Assembly (NCBI RefSeq): GCF_017348835.2
Contig: NZ_CP071375.1
Direction: 5' to 3' (one strand)
From: Escherichia coli
GTDB lineage: Bacteria; Pseudomonadota; Gammaproteobacteria; Enterobacterales; Enterobacteriaceae
DNA: 64,000 nucleotides
A model generated the notes under the pieces. It saw nothing but the letters and a program-made list of their open reading frames with translations, was not told the DNA's origin and made no database searches. The translations under genes were made by a program, and so were the position numbers. Below, piece after piece: positions 33,478 through 45,899 of this stretch. Position 1 is the first letter of the stretch. Every line of letters begins with the position of its first letter.

Positions 33478-35182
33478 TTCATCGTCAAATCGTGGCGAAG
33501 CGATTCTCGCCGCCCTGAAAACGCAGTTCCCCGGCGCGGTGCTGGATGAAGAGCGACAAACGCCTGAACAGGTCACCATTACGGTGAAAATCAATCTGCT
33601 GCCTGACGTTGTGCATTATCTTTATTATCAACATGATGGCTGGCTTCCGGTCCTGTTTGGCAACGACGAGCGGACACTTAACGGTCATTACGCGGTTTAT
33701 TATGCCCTTTCTATGGAAGGGGCCGAAAAATGCTGGATCGTGGTGAAGGCACTGGTCGATGCCGACAGTCGGGAGTTTCCGTCAGTCACACCGCGCGTCC
33801 CTGCCGCGGTCTGGGGCGAGCGAGAAATTCGCGATATGTACGGGCTGATTCCGGTTGGCCTGCCGGATCAGCGTCGCCTGGTGTTGCCCGATGACTGGCC
33901 GGAAGATATGCATCCGCTACGCAAAGATGCGATGGATTATCGACTGCGCCCTGAACCGACGACTGATTCCGAAACGTATCCGTTTATCAATGAGGGCAAC
34001 AGCGATGCGCGGGTGATCCCTGTCGGCCCGCTGCATATCACCTCCGATGAACCGGGTCACTTCCGCTTGTTTGTGGATGGCGAGCAAATTGTCGATGCTG
34101 ATTACCGCCTGTTTTATGTCCATCGCGGCATGGAGAAACTGGCAGAAACGCGGATGGGCTACAACGAAGTGACTTTCTTATCGGACCGCGTGTGTGGGAT
34201 TTGCGGTTTTGCCCACAGTGTGGCCTATACCAACTCGGTTGAAAATGCACTGGGGATTGAGGTGCCGCAACGAGCGCATACCATTCGCTCGATTCTGCTG
34301 GAAGTCGAACGGCTACACAGTCATTTGCTCAACCTTGGCCTCTCCTGCCATTTTGTTGGATTTGATACCGGCTTTATGCAATTTTTCCGCGTGCGGGAAA
34401 AGTCAATGACAATGGCGGAATTGCTGACCGGGTCGCGTAAAACCTACGGTCTGAATCTGATTGGTGGTGTTCGCCGCGATATTCTCAAAGAGCAACGTCT
34501 GCAAACGCTGAAACTGGTGCGCGAGATGCGCGCCGACGTGTCGGAGCTGGTAGAAATGCTGCTTGCCACGCCGAATATGGAACAACGCACTCAGGGCATT
34601 GGCATTCTCGACCGACAAATCGCCCGTGATTATAGCCCTGTAGGGCCGCTGATCCGCGGCAGTGGTTTTGCCCGTGATTTGCGCTTTGATCACCCCTACG
34701 CCGACTACGGCAATATTCCAAAAACACTGTTTACCTTTACTGGCGGCGATGTCTTCTCCCGCGTGATGGTCCGTGTCAAAGAGACGTTTGATTCGCTGGC
34801 AATGCTGGAATTTGCCCTCGACAACATGCCGGATACCCCACTGCTGACCGAAGGCTTTAGCTATAAACCTCACGCATTCGCGCTGGGCTTTGTTGAAGCG
34901 CCACGCGGTGAAGACGTGCACTGGAGCATGCTCGGTGATAACCAAAAATTGTTCCGCTGGCGCTGTCGTGCCGCCACCTACGCCAACTGGCCGGTGCTGC
35001 GTTACATGCTACGCGGCAATACCGTTTCTGACGCACCGCTGATTATCGGTAGCCTTGATCCCTGCTACTCCTGTACCGACCGTGTGACGCTGGTAGATGT
35101 GCGCAAGCGCCAGTCAAAAACCGTGCCGTATAAAGAGATCGAACGCTACGGCATTGATCGTAACCGTTCGCCGCTGAAGTAA
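33467..35182 (+). CDS. hyfG: Hydrogenase-4 large subunit (NiFe; NuoC-NuoD-like fusion), GTG start
   Basis: The track ORF 33422..35182 is placed at a GTG at 33467 preceded by GGAGAA, giving (M)[16 protein letters not shown]... (571 aa). It has N-terminal RVCGICG and C-terminal DPCYSCTDR Ni-binding motifs. The exact start is uncertain. Confidence 0.9.
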   Translation: MNVNSSSNRGEAILAALKTQFPGAVLDEERQTPEQVTITVKINLLPDVVHYLYYQHDGWLPVLFGNDERTLNGHYAVYYALSMEGAEKCWIVVKALVDADSREFPSVTPRVPAAVWGEREIRDMYGLIPVGLPDQRRLVLPDDWPEDMHPLRKDAMDYRLRPEPTTDSETYPFINEGNSDARVIPVGPLHITSDEPGHFRLFVDGEQIVDADYRLFYVHRGMEKLAETRMGYNEVTFLSDRVCGICGFAHSVAYTNSVENALGIEVPQRAHTIRSILLEVERLHSHLLNLGLSCHFVGFDTGFMQFFRVREKSMTMAELLTGSRKTYGLNLIGGVRRDILKEQRLQTLKLVREMRADVSELVEMLLATPNMEQRTQGIGILDRQIARDYSPVGPLIRGSGFARDLRFDHPYADYGNIPKTLFTFTGGDVFSRVMVRVKETFDSLAMLEFALDNMPDTPLLTEGFSYKPHAFALGFVEAPRGEDVHWSMLGDNQKLFRWRCRAATYANWPVLRYMLRGNTVSDAPLIIGSLDPCYSCTDRVTLVDVRKRQSKTVPYKEIERYGIDRNRSPLK

Positions 35183-35191
35183 GGACAGAAG

Positions 35192-35737
35192 ATGCTGAAG
35201 TTACTGAAAACTATTATGCGCGCCGGAACCGCGACGGTGAAATATCCCTTCGCGCCACTGGAGGTCAGCCCAGGCTTTCGCGGGAAACCGGACCTGATGC
35301 CCAGCCAATGTATTGCCTGCGGTGCCTGCGCCTGTGCTTGTCCGGCAAATGCGCTGACTATCCAGACCGACGACCAGCAAAATTCGCGCACCTGGCAGCT
35401 CTATCTGGGGCGTTGTATTTACTGCGGACGTTGTGAAGAAGTGTGCCCGACCAGAGCCATTCAGCTTACCGATAACTTTGAACTGACCGTCACCAATAAA
35501 GCCGATCTCTATACCCGCGCGACGTTCCATCTACAACGTTGCAACCGTTGCGAACGCCCGTTTGCCCCGCAAAAAACCGTCGCACTGGCTGCTGAATTGT
35601 TGGCACAGCAACAAAATGCGCCACAAAACCGCGAAATGTTGCGGGCGCAAGCGAGCGTCTGCCCGGAGTGCAAACAACGCGCGACGCTGATCAACGACGA
35701 TACAGATGTACCGCTGGTGGCTAAGGAGCAGCTATGA
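35192..35737 (+). CDS. hyfH: Hydrogenase-4 component H (2x4Fe-4S ferredoxin, NuoI-like)
   Basis: 181-aa ORF with [12 protein letters not shown] and [12 protein letters not shown] motifs. Confidence 0.94.
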   Translation: MLKLLKTIMRAGTATVKYPFAPLEVSPGFRGKPDLMPSQCIACGACACACPANALTIQTDDQQNSRTWQLYLGRCIYCGRCEEVCPTRAIQLTDNFELTVTNKADLYTRATFHLQRCNRCERPFAPQKTVALAAELLAQQQNAPQNREMLRAQASVCPECKQRATLINDDTDVPLVAKEQL

Positions 35738-36492
35738 GTCCAGTGCTTACACAACATGTCAGCCAGCCCATCACGCTGGACGAGCAAACGCAAAAGATGA
35801 AGCGGCATTTGCTACAGGATATCCGTCGCTCGGCTTACGTTTATCGCGTCGATTGCGGCGGCTGCAACGCCTGTGAAATCGAAATTTTTGCCGCCATCAC
35901 ACCCTTATTCGACGCAGAACGTTTTGGCATTAAGGTTGTTTCATCACCGCGTCACGCCGATATTTTGTTATTTACTGGCGCAGTCACCCGGGCGATGCGT
36001 ATGCCTGCACTTCGGGCGTATGAGTCTGCCCCCGATCATAAAATCTGTGTTTCCTACGGCGCGTGCGGTGTCGGCGGCGGTATTTTCCACGATCTCTACA
36101 GCGTCTGGGGCGGCAGCGACACCATTGTCCCCATTGATGTTTGGATCCCCGGCTGCCCGCCAACACCGGCCGCCACCATTCACGGTTTCGCCGTGGCGCT
36201 CGGTTTGCTGCAACAGAAGATTCACGCGGTGGATTATCGCGATCCCACCGGGGTGACTATGCAACCGTTGTGGCCGCAGATCCCGCCATCACAGCGTATC
36301 GCCATTGAGCGAGAAGCGCGGCGGCTGGCGGGCTATCGTCAGGGGCGAGAAATTTGCGATCGGCTCCTGCGCCATTTAAGCGACGATCCTACAGGAAATC
36401 GGGTTAACACCTGGTTGCGCGATGCCGACGATCCACGTCTCAATAGTATCGTTCAGCAACTCTTTCGCGTACTCCGGGGGTTACATGACTGA
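35734..36492 (+). CDS. hyfI: Hydrogenase-4 small subunit (NuoB-like)
   Basis: 252-aa ORF with CGGCNACE and GCPP motifs. It overlaps the hyfH stop. Confidence 0.94.
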   Translation: MSPVLTQHVSQPITLDEQTQKMKRHLLQDIRRSAYVYRVDCGGCNACEIEIFAAITPLFDAERFGIKVVSSPRHADILLFTGAVTRAMRMPALRAYESAPDHKICVSYGACGVGGGIFHDLYSVWGGSDTIVPIDVWIPGCPPTPAATIHGFAVALGLLQQKIHAVDYRDPTGVTMQPLWPQIPPSQRIAIEREARRLAGYRQGREICDRLLRHLSDDPTGNRVNTWLRDADDPRLNSIVQQLFRVLRGLHD

Positions 36493-36898
36493 AGAGTGCG
36501 GGGAAATTGTTTTCTGGACGCTGCGAAAAAAGTTTGTCGCCAGTAGCGACGAGATGCCGGAACACAGCTCTCAGGTAATGTATTACTCGCTAGCTATCGG
36601 CCATCACGTTGGCGTGATTGATTGTCTGAATGTCGCCTTCCGCTGCCCACTGACGGAATACGAAGATTGGCTTGCACTGGTCGAAGAGGAGCAAGCCCGA
36701 CGTAAGATGCTGGGGGTGATGACTTTTGGTGAGATTGTTATTGACACCAGCCACACCGCCCTGTTGACCCGGGCATTCGCGCCACTGGCGGATGACGCGA
36801 CGTCTGTGTGGCAGGCGCGTAGCATTCAATTCATTCATCTGTTGGATGAAATTGTGCAGGAACCGGCCATCTATCTGATGGCCAGAAAAATTGCGTGA
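36485..36898 (+). CDS. hyfJ: Hydrogenase-4 component J (HycH-like maturation/processing factor)
   Basis: The track ORF is trimmed to [27 protein letters not shown]... (137 aa). Confidence 0.9.
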   Translation: MTEECGEIVFWTLRKKFVASSDEMPEHSSQVMYYSLAIGHHVGVIDCLNVAFRCPLTEYEDWLALVEEEQARRKMLGVMTFGEIVIDTSHTALLTRAFAPLADDATSVWQARSIQFIHLLDEIVQEPAIYLMARKIA

Positions 36899-36927
36899 GA
36901 AGGATTTCTCATTAATAAGGACTGTTG

Positions 36928-38939
36928 ATGGCTATGTCAGACGAGGCGATGTTTGCCCCGCCGCAAGGAATAACAATTGAAGCGGTAAACGGAATGCTCG
37001 CGGAGCGGTTAGCACAGAAACACAGCAAGGCGTCTTTATTACGCGCCTTCATCCCGCTGCCGCCGCCGTTCAGCCCGGTACAACTTATTGAGCTGCATGT
37101 TCTCAAAAGCAACTTCTATTACCGCTACCATGATGATGGCAGCGATGTGACGGCAACAACAGAGTATCAGGGCGAGATGGTCGATGATTCGCGCCACGCC
37201 GTCCTTCTCGGCAGTAGTGGAATGGCGGAGCTACGCTTTATTCGTACCCACGGCAGCCGTTTTACTCCCCAGGATTGCACACTGTTTAACTGGCTGGCGC
37301 GGATAATCACCCCGGTTCTGCAATCATGGCTCAATGATGAAGAACAGCAGGTGGCGCTGCGTTTGCTGGAGAAAGATCGCGATCATCATCGGGTACTGGT
37401 TGATATTACTAATGCAGTGCTGTCACATCTTGATCTCGACGATCTGATCGCTGACGTCGCCCGTGAGATCCATCATTTTTTCGGTCTGGCTTCAGTCAGT
37501 ATGGTACTGGGAGATCATCGAAAGAACGATAAGTTCAGCCTGTGGTGCAGCGATCTTTCTGCCTCACATTGTGCGTGTCTGCCACGCAATATGCCTGGCG
37601 ACAGTGTATTGCTGACACAAACGCTACAAACCCGACAACCGACCTTGACGCACCGTGCAGACGATCTGTTTCTCTGGCAACGCGACCCGTTATTACACTT
37701 ACTTGCATCTAACGGCTGCGAATCTGCGCTCCTGATACCGCTTACCTTTGGCAACCATACACCGGGTGCATTGTTGCTGGCGCATACCTCTTCCACTCTC
37801 TTTAGTGAGGAAAACTGCCAGCTACTACAACACATAGCCGATCGCATCGCTATTGCCGTTGGCAATGCCGATGCCTGGCGTAGCATGACCGATTTGCAGG
37901 AAAGTTTGCAGCAAGAAAACCACCAGCTTAGCGAGCAGCTCCTTTCGAATCTGGGCGTCGGTGACATTATCTATCAAAGCCAGGCAATGGAAGACCTGCT
38001 CCAGCAGGTAGATATTGTGGCGAAGAGCGACAGTACGGTGTTGATTTGTGGTGAAACCGGAACCGGCAAAGAGGTGATCGCCAGAGCGATCCATCAACTT
38101 AGCCCGCGACGCGACAAGCCGCTGGTCAAAATCAACTGCGCTGCCATCCCCGCCAGTCTTCTGGAAAGTGAGTTATTCGGTCATGACAAAGGGGCGTTTA
38201 CTGGTGCGATTAATACCCATCGTGGTCGTTTTGAAATTGCCGATGGCGGCACGTTGTTTCTCGATGAAATTGGCGATCTGCCGTTAGAACTTCAGCCTAA
38301 ATTGCTGCGCGTATTGCAGGAGCGGGAAATTGAGCGTCTCGGCGGGAGTAGAACGATCCCGGTGAATGTCAGAGTCATTGCCGCCACCAACCGTGATTTG
38401 TGGCAAATGGTTGAAGATCGCCAGTTTCGCAGCGATCTCTTTTATCGCCTGAATGTCTTCCCACTGGAATTGCCGCCGCTACGCGACCGTCCGGAAGATA
38501 TCCCTCTTTTAGCAAAACATTTCACGCAAAAAATGGCGCGCCATATGAATCGCGCAATTGACGCCATCCCGACCGAGGCACTACGCCAGTTGATGTCGTG
38601 GGATTGGCCGGGCAACGTGCGCGAGCTGGAAAACGTGATTGAGCGGGCGGTACTGTTGACTCGTGGTAACAGTCTGAATTTACATCTAAATGTCCGACAA
38701 AGCCGTTTACTGCCGACGCTAAATGAAGATTCAGCGCTTCGCAGTTCAATGGCGCAGTTGCTGCACCCGACGACGCCAGAGAATGACGAAGAAGAACGTC
38801 AGCGCATTGTTCAGGTATTGCGAGAAACCAATGGCATTGTTGCGGGCCCCGTGGCGCGGCGACACGATTAGGGATGAAGCGCACCACGCTGCTGTCACGA
38901 ATGCAGCGTCTGGGGATCTCGGTTCGCGAGGTGTTGTAA
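36928..38939 (+). pseudogene. hyfR: hyfR, sigma54-dependent activator (GAF + AAA+), frameshifted before the C-terminal HTH
   Basis: The main frame (MAMSDEAMFAPPQG... with GETGTGKE Walker A and GAFTGA motifs) ends ...NGIVAGPVARRHD* at 38871. The -1 frame reads GPRGAATRLGMKRTTLLSRMQRLGISVREVL* ending at 38939. The frames join at the C-run 38847-38850. Confidence 0.85.
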
Positions 38940-38960
38940 TCTGTTTTTGCAGGAGTATGC

Positions 38961-39809
38961 ATGAGAAATAAACTCTCTTTCGACTTGCAGTTGAGCGCCA
39001 GAAAAGCGGCAATCGCTGAACGGATTGCCGCCCATAAAATTGCCCGCAGTAAAGTGTCGGTCTTTTTAATGGCGATGTCCGCTGGCGTGTTTATGGCGAT
39101 CGGATTTACTTTTTACCTTTCCGTTATCGCCGATGCCCCGTCTTCACAGGCATTAACCCATCTGGTGGGCGGCCTTTGCTTTACACTCGGCTTTATTTTG
39201 CTGGCGGTTTGCGGCACCAGCCTGTTCACCTCGTCGGTAATGACGGTGATGGCAAAAAGTCGGGGCGTTATTAGTTGGCGAACTTGGCTGATTAACGCAC
39301 TTCTGGTGGCCTGCGGTAATCTGGCAGGTATTGCCTGTTTCAGTTTGTTAATCTGGTTTTCCGGGCTGGTAATGAGTGAAAACGCGATGTGGGGAGTCGC
39401 GGTTTTACACTGCGCCGAGGGCAAAATGCATCATACATTTACTGAATCTGTCAGCCTCGGCATTATGTGCAATCTGATGGTTTGCCTGGCGCTGTGGATG
39501 AGTTATTGCGGGCGTTCATTATGCGACAAAATCGTCGCCATGATTTTGCCCATCACCCTGTTTGTCGCCAGTGGCTTTGAGCACTGTATCGCCAATTTGT
39601 TTGTGATTCCGTTCGCCATTGCCATTCGCCATTTCGCCCCTACCTCCTTCTGGCAACTGGCGCACTGTAGCGCAGACAATTTTCCTGCACTGACGGTAAG
39701 CCATTTTATTACCGCCAATCTGCTCCCGGTGATGCTGGGTAATATTATCGGCGGTGCAGTGCTGGTGAGTATGTGTTATCGGGCTATTTATTTACGTCAG
39801 GAATCCTGA
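38961..39809 (+). CDS. focB: Formate/nitrite transporter-family channel FocB
   Basis: 282-aa FNT-family membrane ORF at the end of the hyf locus. Confidence 0.93.
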   Translation: MRNKLSFDLQLSARKAAIAERIAAHKIARSKVSVFLMAMSAGVFMAIGFTFYLSVIADAPSSQALTHLVGGLCFTLGFILLAVCGTSLFTSSVMTVMAKSRGVISWRTWLINALLVACGNLAGIACFSLLIWFSGLVMSENAMWGVAVLHCAEGKMHHTFTESVSLGIMCNLMVCLALWMSYCGRSLCDKIVAMILPITLFVASGFEHCIANLFVIPFAIAIRHFAPTSFWQLAHCSADNFPALTVSHFITANLLPVMLGNIIGGAVLVSMCYRAIYLRQES

Positions 39810-39814
39810 AAAAT

Positions 39815-39842
39815 CAGCCCGGCGAAACAGTTCGTCGGGCTG
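39815..39842. terminator. Bidirectional stem-loop between the convergent genes focB and perM
   Basis: CAGCCCGGCGAA / TTCGTCGGGCTG 12-bp stem (one G.T pair) with a 4-nt loop, read directly. Confidence 0.6.
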
Positions 39843-39846
39843 AAGA

Positions 39847-40908
39847 TTATTCTTGCGCTATTTGCCCATCGGGCCAGGCGTGGATCACGGCTTTGATCAG
39901 CGTCGCCAACGGAATGGCGAAGAATACGCCCCAGAATCCCCACAAACCACCGAAGATCACCACCGATAAAATAATCACCAGCGGATGCAGGTTAACCGCT
40001 TCGGAGAATAACACCGGTACTAACAGGTTGCCGTCCAGCGCCTGAATAATCAGATACACCGCGAAGCAGCTCCAGAATTCCGTGCCAGCACCAAACTGGA
40101 ATAGCGCCACGCCTATCACCGGAATGGTCACCACAAATGCGCCAATGTACGGAATAAGTACCGAGAAGCCGACCAGCACCGCCAGCAGCAGCGAATAGTT
40201 CAGCCCAAAGAGCAAGAACCCCAGCCAGGTGGCGATCCCCACCACGATCATCTCCAGCACTTTGCCGCGGATATAGTTGGTGATTTGTTGATTCATCTCC
40301 TTCCACACCTGTCCTGCCAGTCCACGGTTACGCGGCAGCACCCGGCGAACGGCATTCAGCATCTGCTCTTTGTCTTTCAGCAGGAAGAAGACCATCAATG
40401 GTACCAGCACCAGATAGACGGCAATGGTCAGCAAACCGACCAGCGAGGCGAGGGAAATTTTCACCACCGAATCGCCCATGGTCAGCATCCGACTGCGCAT
40501 ATTTTCGGCCATTGCATCAATAATGCCCGCATCCATTAACGCCGGATAGCGGCGCGGCAACGTGGCGGCAAAGTCAGAAAGCTTATTGAGCATCCCCGGC
40601 ATATCGCGGATTAAGTAGATGCCCTGCTGCCAGGCGATAGGCAGTACCACGAACGCCATCAGTAGCAATATACCGACGAAAACCACCAATACAATCGACG
40701 TCGCCCAGCGGCGGGAGCAGCCAATAGATTGCAGGCGCACGGTTGGCCATTCCAGCAAATAGGCCAGCACAATAGCCACCAGCAACGGAGCAAGCAGGCC
40801 ACTAAAGAAAAAGATAATGCCAAATCCGGCAACTAAAATAACCAGCAAGGCAATCGCTTCCGGGTCGCTAAAACGGCGGCGATACCATTGCATCAACATT
40901 TCGAGCAT
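39847..40908 (-). CDS. perM: AI-2E-family putative permease PerM (YfgO)
   Basis: 353-aa polytopic membrane ORF at the K-12 position and length. Confidence 0.92.
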   Translation of the reverse strand: MLEMLMQWYRRRFSDPEAIALLVILVAGFGIIFFFSGLLAPLLVAIVLAYLLEWPTVRLQSIGCSRRWATSIVLVVFVGILLLMAFVVLPIAWQQGIYLIRDMPGMLNKLSDFAATLPRRYPALMDAGIIDAMAENMRSRMLTMGDSVVKISLASLVGLLTIAVYLVLVPLMVFFLLKDKEQMLNAVRRVLPRNRGLAGQVWKEMNQQITNYIRGKVLEMIVVGIATWLGFLLFGLNYSLLLAVLVGFSVLIPYIGAFVVTIPVIGVALFQFGAGTEFWSCFAVYLIIQALDGNLLVPVLFSEAVNLHPLVIILSVVIFGGLWGFWGVFFAIPLATLIKAVIHAWPDGQIAQE

Positions 40909-41120
40909 AAAGACCTTCCCTGAACCTCAAGAGCGGGATTGCGATCCGCAATTGTATCGAAATGTCACAAAAAAGACTTCGCTTTTTATGACGGATTCAG
41001 GAAACTGAAAAGTCATTTGAGTGGGCTAATCTTCGCCGTTACACTCAAAGGCGGCGCGGTGGGAACGATATTTCACAGTATCGGTCAAATGACTATCTTC
41101 AGAAATACAGGATAGAGGTT

Positions 41121-42584
41121 ATGTTCAGGCAGTTGAAAAAAAACCTGGTTGCAACCCTCATTGCTGCTATGACCATTGGTCAGGTAGCCCCGGCGTTTGC
41201 CGACAGCGCAGACACCTTGCCGGATATGGGAACCTCCGCAGGAAGCACGCTTTCCATTGGTCAGGAAATGCAGATGGGCGACTATTATGTCCGCCAGCTA
41301 CGCGGCAGCGCGCCGTTAATTAATGACCCGCTGTTAACGCAATATATTAATTCGCTGGGGATGCGTCTGGTTTCGCATGCCAATTCGGTTAAGACACCGT
41401 TTCATTTCTTTCTGATCAACAACGACGAAATTAACGCCTTTGCTTTCTTTGGCGGCAACGTGGTGCTGCACTCTGCCCTGTTCCGTTATTCCGATAACGA
41501 AAGTCAACTGGCTTCAGTTATGGCGCACGAAATCTCCCACGTCACCCAACGTCACCTGGCGCGAGCGATGGAAGATCAGCAGCGCAGCGCGCCGCTGACC
41601 TGGGTCGGCGCGTTAGGTTCTATTTTACTGGCGATGGCCAGTCCGCAGGCGGGGATGGCGGCGCTGACCGGTACACTGGCGGGAACGCGTCAGGGGATGA
41701 TCAGTTTCACCCAGCAAAATGAACAGGAAGCGGACCGCATTGGTATTCAGGTGCTGCAACGCTCAGGATTCGATCCGCAGGCGATGCCGACCTTCCTCGA
41801 AAAATTGCTCGATCAGGCGCGTTACTCCTCGCGTCCGCCGGAAATTTTATTGACTCACCCGTTGCCGGAAAGTCGTCTGGCAGATGCCCGCAACCGTGCT
41901 AATCAGATGCGCCCGATGGTGGTGCAGTCGTCGGAAGATTTCTATCTGGCGAAAGCGCGCACACTGGGGATGTATAATTCCGGACGTAACCAGCTCACCA
42001 GTGATTTGCTGGATGAATGGGCGAAAGGAAACGTTCGTCAGCAACGAGCAGCACAATATGGTCGTGCTTTACAGGCGATGGAAGCCAATAAATACGACGA
42101 GGCGCGTAAAACGCTGCAACCGTTACTGGCGGCAGAACCTGGCAACGCATGGTATCTCGATCTGGCTACTGATATCGATCTTGGGCAAAACAAAGCCAAT
42201 GAGGCGATCAATCGTCTGAAAAATGCCCGCGATTTACGCACCAATCCGGTGTTGCAGCTCAACCTGGCGAACGCTTATCTGCAAGGCGGTCAACCACAAG
42301 AAGCGGCCAATATTCTTAATCGCTACACCTTTAATAATAAAGATGACAGTAACGGCTGGGATTTACTGGCACAGGCGGAAGCCGCGCTAAATAACCGCGA
42401 TCAGGAACTGGCTGCGCGAGCAGAAGGTTATGCGCTCGCCGGGCGACTCGATCAGGCTATTTCGCTGTTGAGTAGCGCCAGTTCGCAGGTGAAATTAGGC
42501 AGCCTGCAACAAGCGCGTTACGATGCGCGCATCGACCAGTTACGCCAGCTGCAGGAACGCTTTAAGCCTTATACCAAGATGTAA
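41121..42584 (+). CDS. bepA: Periplasmic beta-barrel assembly-enhancing protease BepA (M48 peptidase + TPR)
   Basis: 487-aa ORF with a signal peptide, an HEISH zinc motif and a TPR-like C-terminus. Confidence 0.94.
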
Positions 42585-42604
42585 TTCGCATTAAAGGAAG
42601 AACA

Positions 42605-42964
42605 ATGACCAAACAGGTAAAAATCTACCATAACCCACGCTGTTCAAAGAGCCGGGAAACGCTGAACCTGCTGAAAGAAAACGGCGTGGAGCCAGAAGTG
42701 GTGCTCTACCTTGAGACACCCGCCGATGCGGCAACGCTGCGCGATTTGCTGAAAATGCTGGGGATGAATAGCGCCCGTGAATTGATGCGCCAGAAAGAGA
42801 ATCTTTATAAAGAACTGAACCTGGCTGACAGTTCGCTTAGCGAAGAGGCGCTGATTCAGGCAATGGTGGATAATCCGAAGCTGATGGAGCGCCCGATTGT
42901 GGTCGCGAATGGCAAAGCGCGGATTGGTCGTCCACCGGAGCAGGTACTGGAAATCGTGGGTTAA
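42605..42964 (+). CDS. yfgD: ArsC-family arsenate-reductase-like protein YfgD
   Basis: 119-aa ORF (MTKQVKIYHNPRCSKSRETLNLL...). Confidence 0.92.
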   Translation: MTKQVKIYHNPRCSKSRETLNLLKENGVEPEVVLYLETPADAATLRDLLKMLGMNSARELMRQKENLYKELNLADSSLSEEALIQAMVDNPKLMERPIVVANGKARIGRPPEQVLEIVG

Positions 42965-42993
42965 GATGTGCTCCATCGCTAGTTGAAGCACAT

Positions 42994-43087
42994 TGCCGGA
43001 TGCGACGCTTGCCACGTCTTATCCGGCCTACGAATACTATGGATTAACTTCGCGTAGTTCGGATAAGGCGTTCGCGCCGCATCCGAC
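42994..43087. repeat. REP/BIME element (two inverted REP units)
   Basis: TGCCGGATGCGACGCTTGCCACGTCTTATCCGGCCTAC and GTTCGGATAAGGCGTTCGCGCCGCATCCGAC are read directly. Confidence 0.85.
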
Positions 43088-43101
43088 AATAAACACCTTA
43101 T

Positions 43102-43803
43102 CTACAACTTCAGAATTTCTTTCACAAACGGAATGGTCAGCTTACGTTGCGCGGTAATCGACGCACGATCCAACTGATCCAACGTCATAAATAGCGTGCG
43201 CATTTCTCTGTCGAGCCGCTTCAGCAAGAAACGCCCCACATCTTCCGGCAGTTCAAAACCACGCAAACGCGCGCGTAACTGTAGCGCCTGCAACTTATCT
43301 TCATCAGAAAGTGGCTGCAATTTGTAGATCTGCCCCCAGTCGAGTCGCGACGCGAGATCCGGTAATCCCAGATTCAACTGCCGCGGTGGACGATCGCCGG
43401 TGATCAACAACCGTGTTTTGCCCGATTCCAGAATTCGATTGTAGAGATCGAAAATCGCCATCTCCCACAACTCATCGCCTGCAATACACTCAATGTTGTC
43501 GATACAGACCAGCGACAAATGCTCCATACCGTCAAGCACTTCCGGAACAAACCAGGTGCGTTTATCCAGCGGGACATAGCCCACCGCATCGCCACGCTGC
43601 GACAATTCCGCGCAAGCCGCGTGCAGCAGATGGCTGCGCCCCGCGCCTTCGCGTGCCCAGAGATAGATGTAACCGCTATGTTCCTGACGCAGCACGTTTT
43701 GCAGCGCGGCCAGTAAAGAGGAGTTATCCCCCGGCCAGAAACTTGCAAAGGTTTCGTCGTCAGGAAGATAAAGTGGCAAAGAGAGCTGTGCCGGTGTGTT
43801 CAG
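43102..43803 (-). CDS. hda: DnaA-inactivating AAA+ protein Hda (RIDA), CTG start
   Basis: The track ORF 43102..43848 contains (L)[21 protein letters not shown].... Hda is known to initiate at a CUG, giving 233 aa, so the start is placed at the CTG at 43803. Confidence 0.88.
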
Positions 43804-43868
43804 AGATACCTCAACCAGGATTTCACAAAATCGCGAGAAGTTTACCACAGAATCCCATGATGTTTGAA

Positions 43869-43889
43869 CCGGGCAGCAACACTGCCCGG
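43869..43889 (-). terminator. Stem-loop after the uraA stop (possible terminator)
   Basis: CCGGGCAG / CTGCCCGG 8-bp stem with a 5-nt loop, 9 nt after the uraA stop. The U-run is weak. Confidence 0.45.
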
Positions 43890-43897
43890 TCGGTACA

Positions 43898-45187
43898 TTA
43901 TTTGTCTGTTATATCCGCGTCTTCTGCGTCCAGCACCACTTCTTCAGGGCGCAGCACACTGATCAGTTTGAAAATCAAACTTAAGCCGATACCGACGATG
44001 GTCGCCAGCGCCATACCTTTCAACTCCGCCGCGCCGATGTTTACCTTCGCGCCACTGACGCCGATGATCAAAATCACGGAAGTCAGGATCAGGTTCTGTG
44101 CTTTGTTGTAATCCACTTTCGATTCGATCAAAACACGAATACCGGAAGCACCGATGACACCATAAAGCAGCAGCGAAACGCCGCCCATCACCGGCAATGG
44201 GATCATCTGGATAGCGGCAGCCAGTTTACCGACGCAGGAAAGCAGGATAGCGAAAATCGCCGCCCCGCCGATAACCCAAGTACTGTAAACACGGGTGATC
44301 GCCATCACGCCAATGTTTTCTCCGTAAGTGGTATTTGGCGTAGAGCCAAAGAAGCCGGAGATCACGGTCGACAGGCCGTTAGCAAACATCGAACGGTGCA
44401 AACCTGGATCGCGCAGCAGATCTTTTTTGACGATATTAGCCGTTACTACCAGGTGCCCTACGTGTTCGGCAATAACCACTAACGCCGCTGGCAGAATAGT
44501 CAGAATGGCAAACCACTCGAAGCGCGGCGTATAGAGGGTTGGCAGCGCAAACCAGTGAGCATTAATAATCGGCGTGGTATCGACAATTCCCATTGCGAAA
44601 GAGAGCGCGTACCCCACCAGCACGCCAATTAAAATCGGGATAATTGCCAGGAAACCACGGAACAGCACGGAACCTAAAACCGTGACCGCCAGGGTGGTAA
44701 TAGAGATGATGATGGTTTTGGAGTCTGGCGTTTGCCCTTCAGCCGGGAGTAAACCCGCCATACCGGCAGCTACGCCCGCCAGCTCCAGACCGATGACGGC
44801 AACGATTGCGCCCATTGCCGCAGGTGGAAACAGCACGTCCAGCCAGCCGGTCCCCGCTTTCTTCACGATAAAAGAAACCAGGCAGAACAGCACGCCGCAC
44901 ATAATAAAGCCGCCCAGCGCGACTTCATACCCTAACGGCAACAGTAACAATACCGGTGAAATAAAGGCAAAGCTGGAACCAAGATAAGCCGGAATTTTCC
45001 CTTTACAGATGAAGAGATACAGCAGCGTTCCAATACCGTTAAATAACAGTACAGTCGCCGGGTTAATATGAAATAAGACGGGCACCAGGACGGTTGCACC
45101 AAACATGGCGAACAAATGTTGCAAACTAAGCGGGATTGTCTGTAAAAGTGGCGGTCTTTCACTCACCCCGATAGCACGGCGCGTCAT
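43898..45187 (-). CDS. uraA: Uracil:proton symporter
   Basis: The track ORF is trimmed to [33 protein letters not shown]... (429 aa). Confidence 0.95.
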   Translation of the reverse strand: MTRRAIGVSERPPLLQTIPLSLQHLFAMFGATVLVPVLFHINPATVLLFNGIGTLLYLFICKGKIPAYLGSSFAFISPVLLLLPLGYEVALGGFIMCGVLFCLVSFIVKKAGTGWLDVLFPPAAMGAIVAVIGLELAGVAAGMAGLLPAEGQTPDSKTIIISITTLAVTVLGSVLFRGFLAIIPILIGVLVGYALSFAMGIVDTTPIINAHWFALPTLYTPRFEWFAILTILPAALVVIAEHVGHLVVTANIVKKDLLRDPGLHRSMFANGLSTVISGFFGSTPNTTYGENIGVMAITRVYSTWVIGGAAIFAILLSCVGKLAAAIQMIPLPVMGGVSLLLYGVIGASGIRVLIESKVDYNKAQNLILTSVILIIGVSGAKVNIGAAELKGMALATIVGIGLSLIFKLISVLRPEEVVLDAEDADITDK

Positions 45188-45227
45188 AGTATTATCCTCT
45201 GTATTATGTGTTATAGGCGCTTTACTC

Positions 45228-45257
45228 AAAAAAAAGCCGACTCTTAAAGTCGGCTTT
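45228..45257 (-). terminator. Rho-independent terminator/attenuator between upp and uraA
   Basis: On the reverse strand an AGCCGACT / AGTCGGCT stem is followed by a run of 8 T, 16 nt after the upp stop. Confidence 0.8.
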
Positions 45258-45272
45258 AATTATTTTTATTCT

Positions 45273-45899
45273 TTATTTCGTACCAAAGATTTTGTCACCG
45301 GCATCGCCGAGGCCCGGAATAATGTATCCGTGCTCGTTCAGTCCCTGATCAATCGATGCGGTATACAGTTCGACGTCCGGGTGCGCTTTTTCCAGCGCAG
45401 CGATACCTTCTGGCGCAGCTACCAGCACCAGAACTTTGATGCTGCTGCAGCCCGCTTTTTTCAGCAGGTCGATGGTCGCGATAACGGAACCACCGGTTGC
45501 CAGCATTGGGTCAACGATCAGCGCCATACGCTCATCGATGTTAGAAACCAGTTTCTGGAAGTACGGTACCGGCTCCAGCGTTTCTTCATTACGGTACATA
45601 CCGACAACGCTGATGCGCGCGCTCGGAACGTTTTCCAGCACACCGTCCATCATACCAAGACCCGCACGCAGAATTGGCACAACGGTAATTTTCTTACCTT
45701 TGATCTGGTCGATTTCTACCGGGCCGTTCCAGCCTTCGATAGTTACTTTTTCCGTTTCGAGGTCGGCGGTCGCTTCGTAAGTCAGCAGGCTACCCACTTC
45801 GGAAGCGAGTTCGCGAAAGCGCTTGGTGCTGATATCTTGCTCACGCATCAGTCCCAACTTGTGTTTGACGAGTGGGTGTTTGACTTCCACGATCTTCAT
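45273..45899 (-). CDS. upp: Uracil phosphoribosyltransferase
   Basis: The track ORF is trimmed to [25 protein letters not shown]... (208 aa). Confidence 0.96.
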
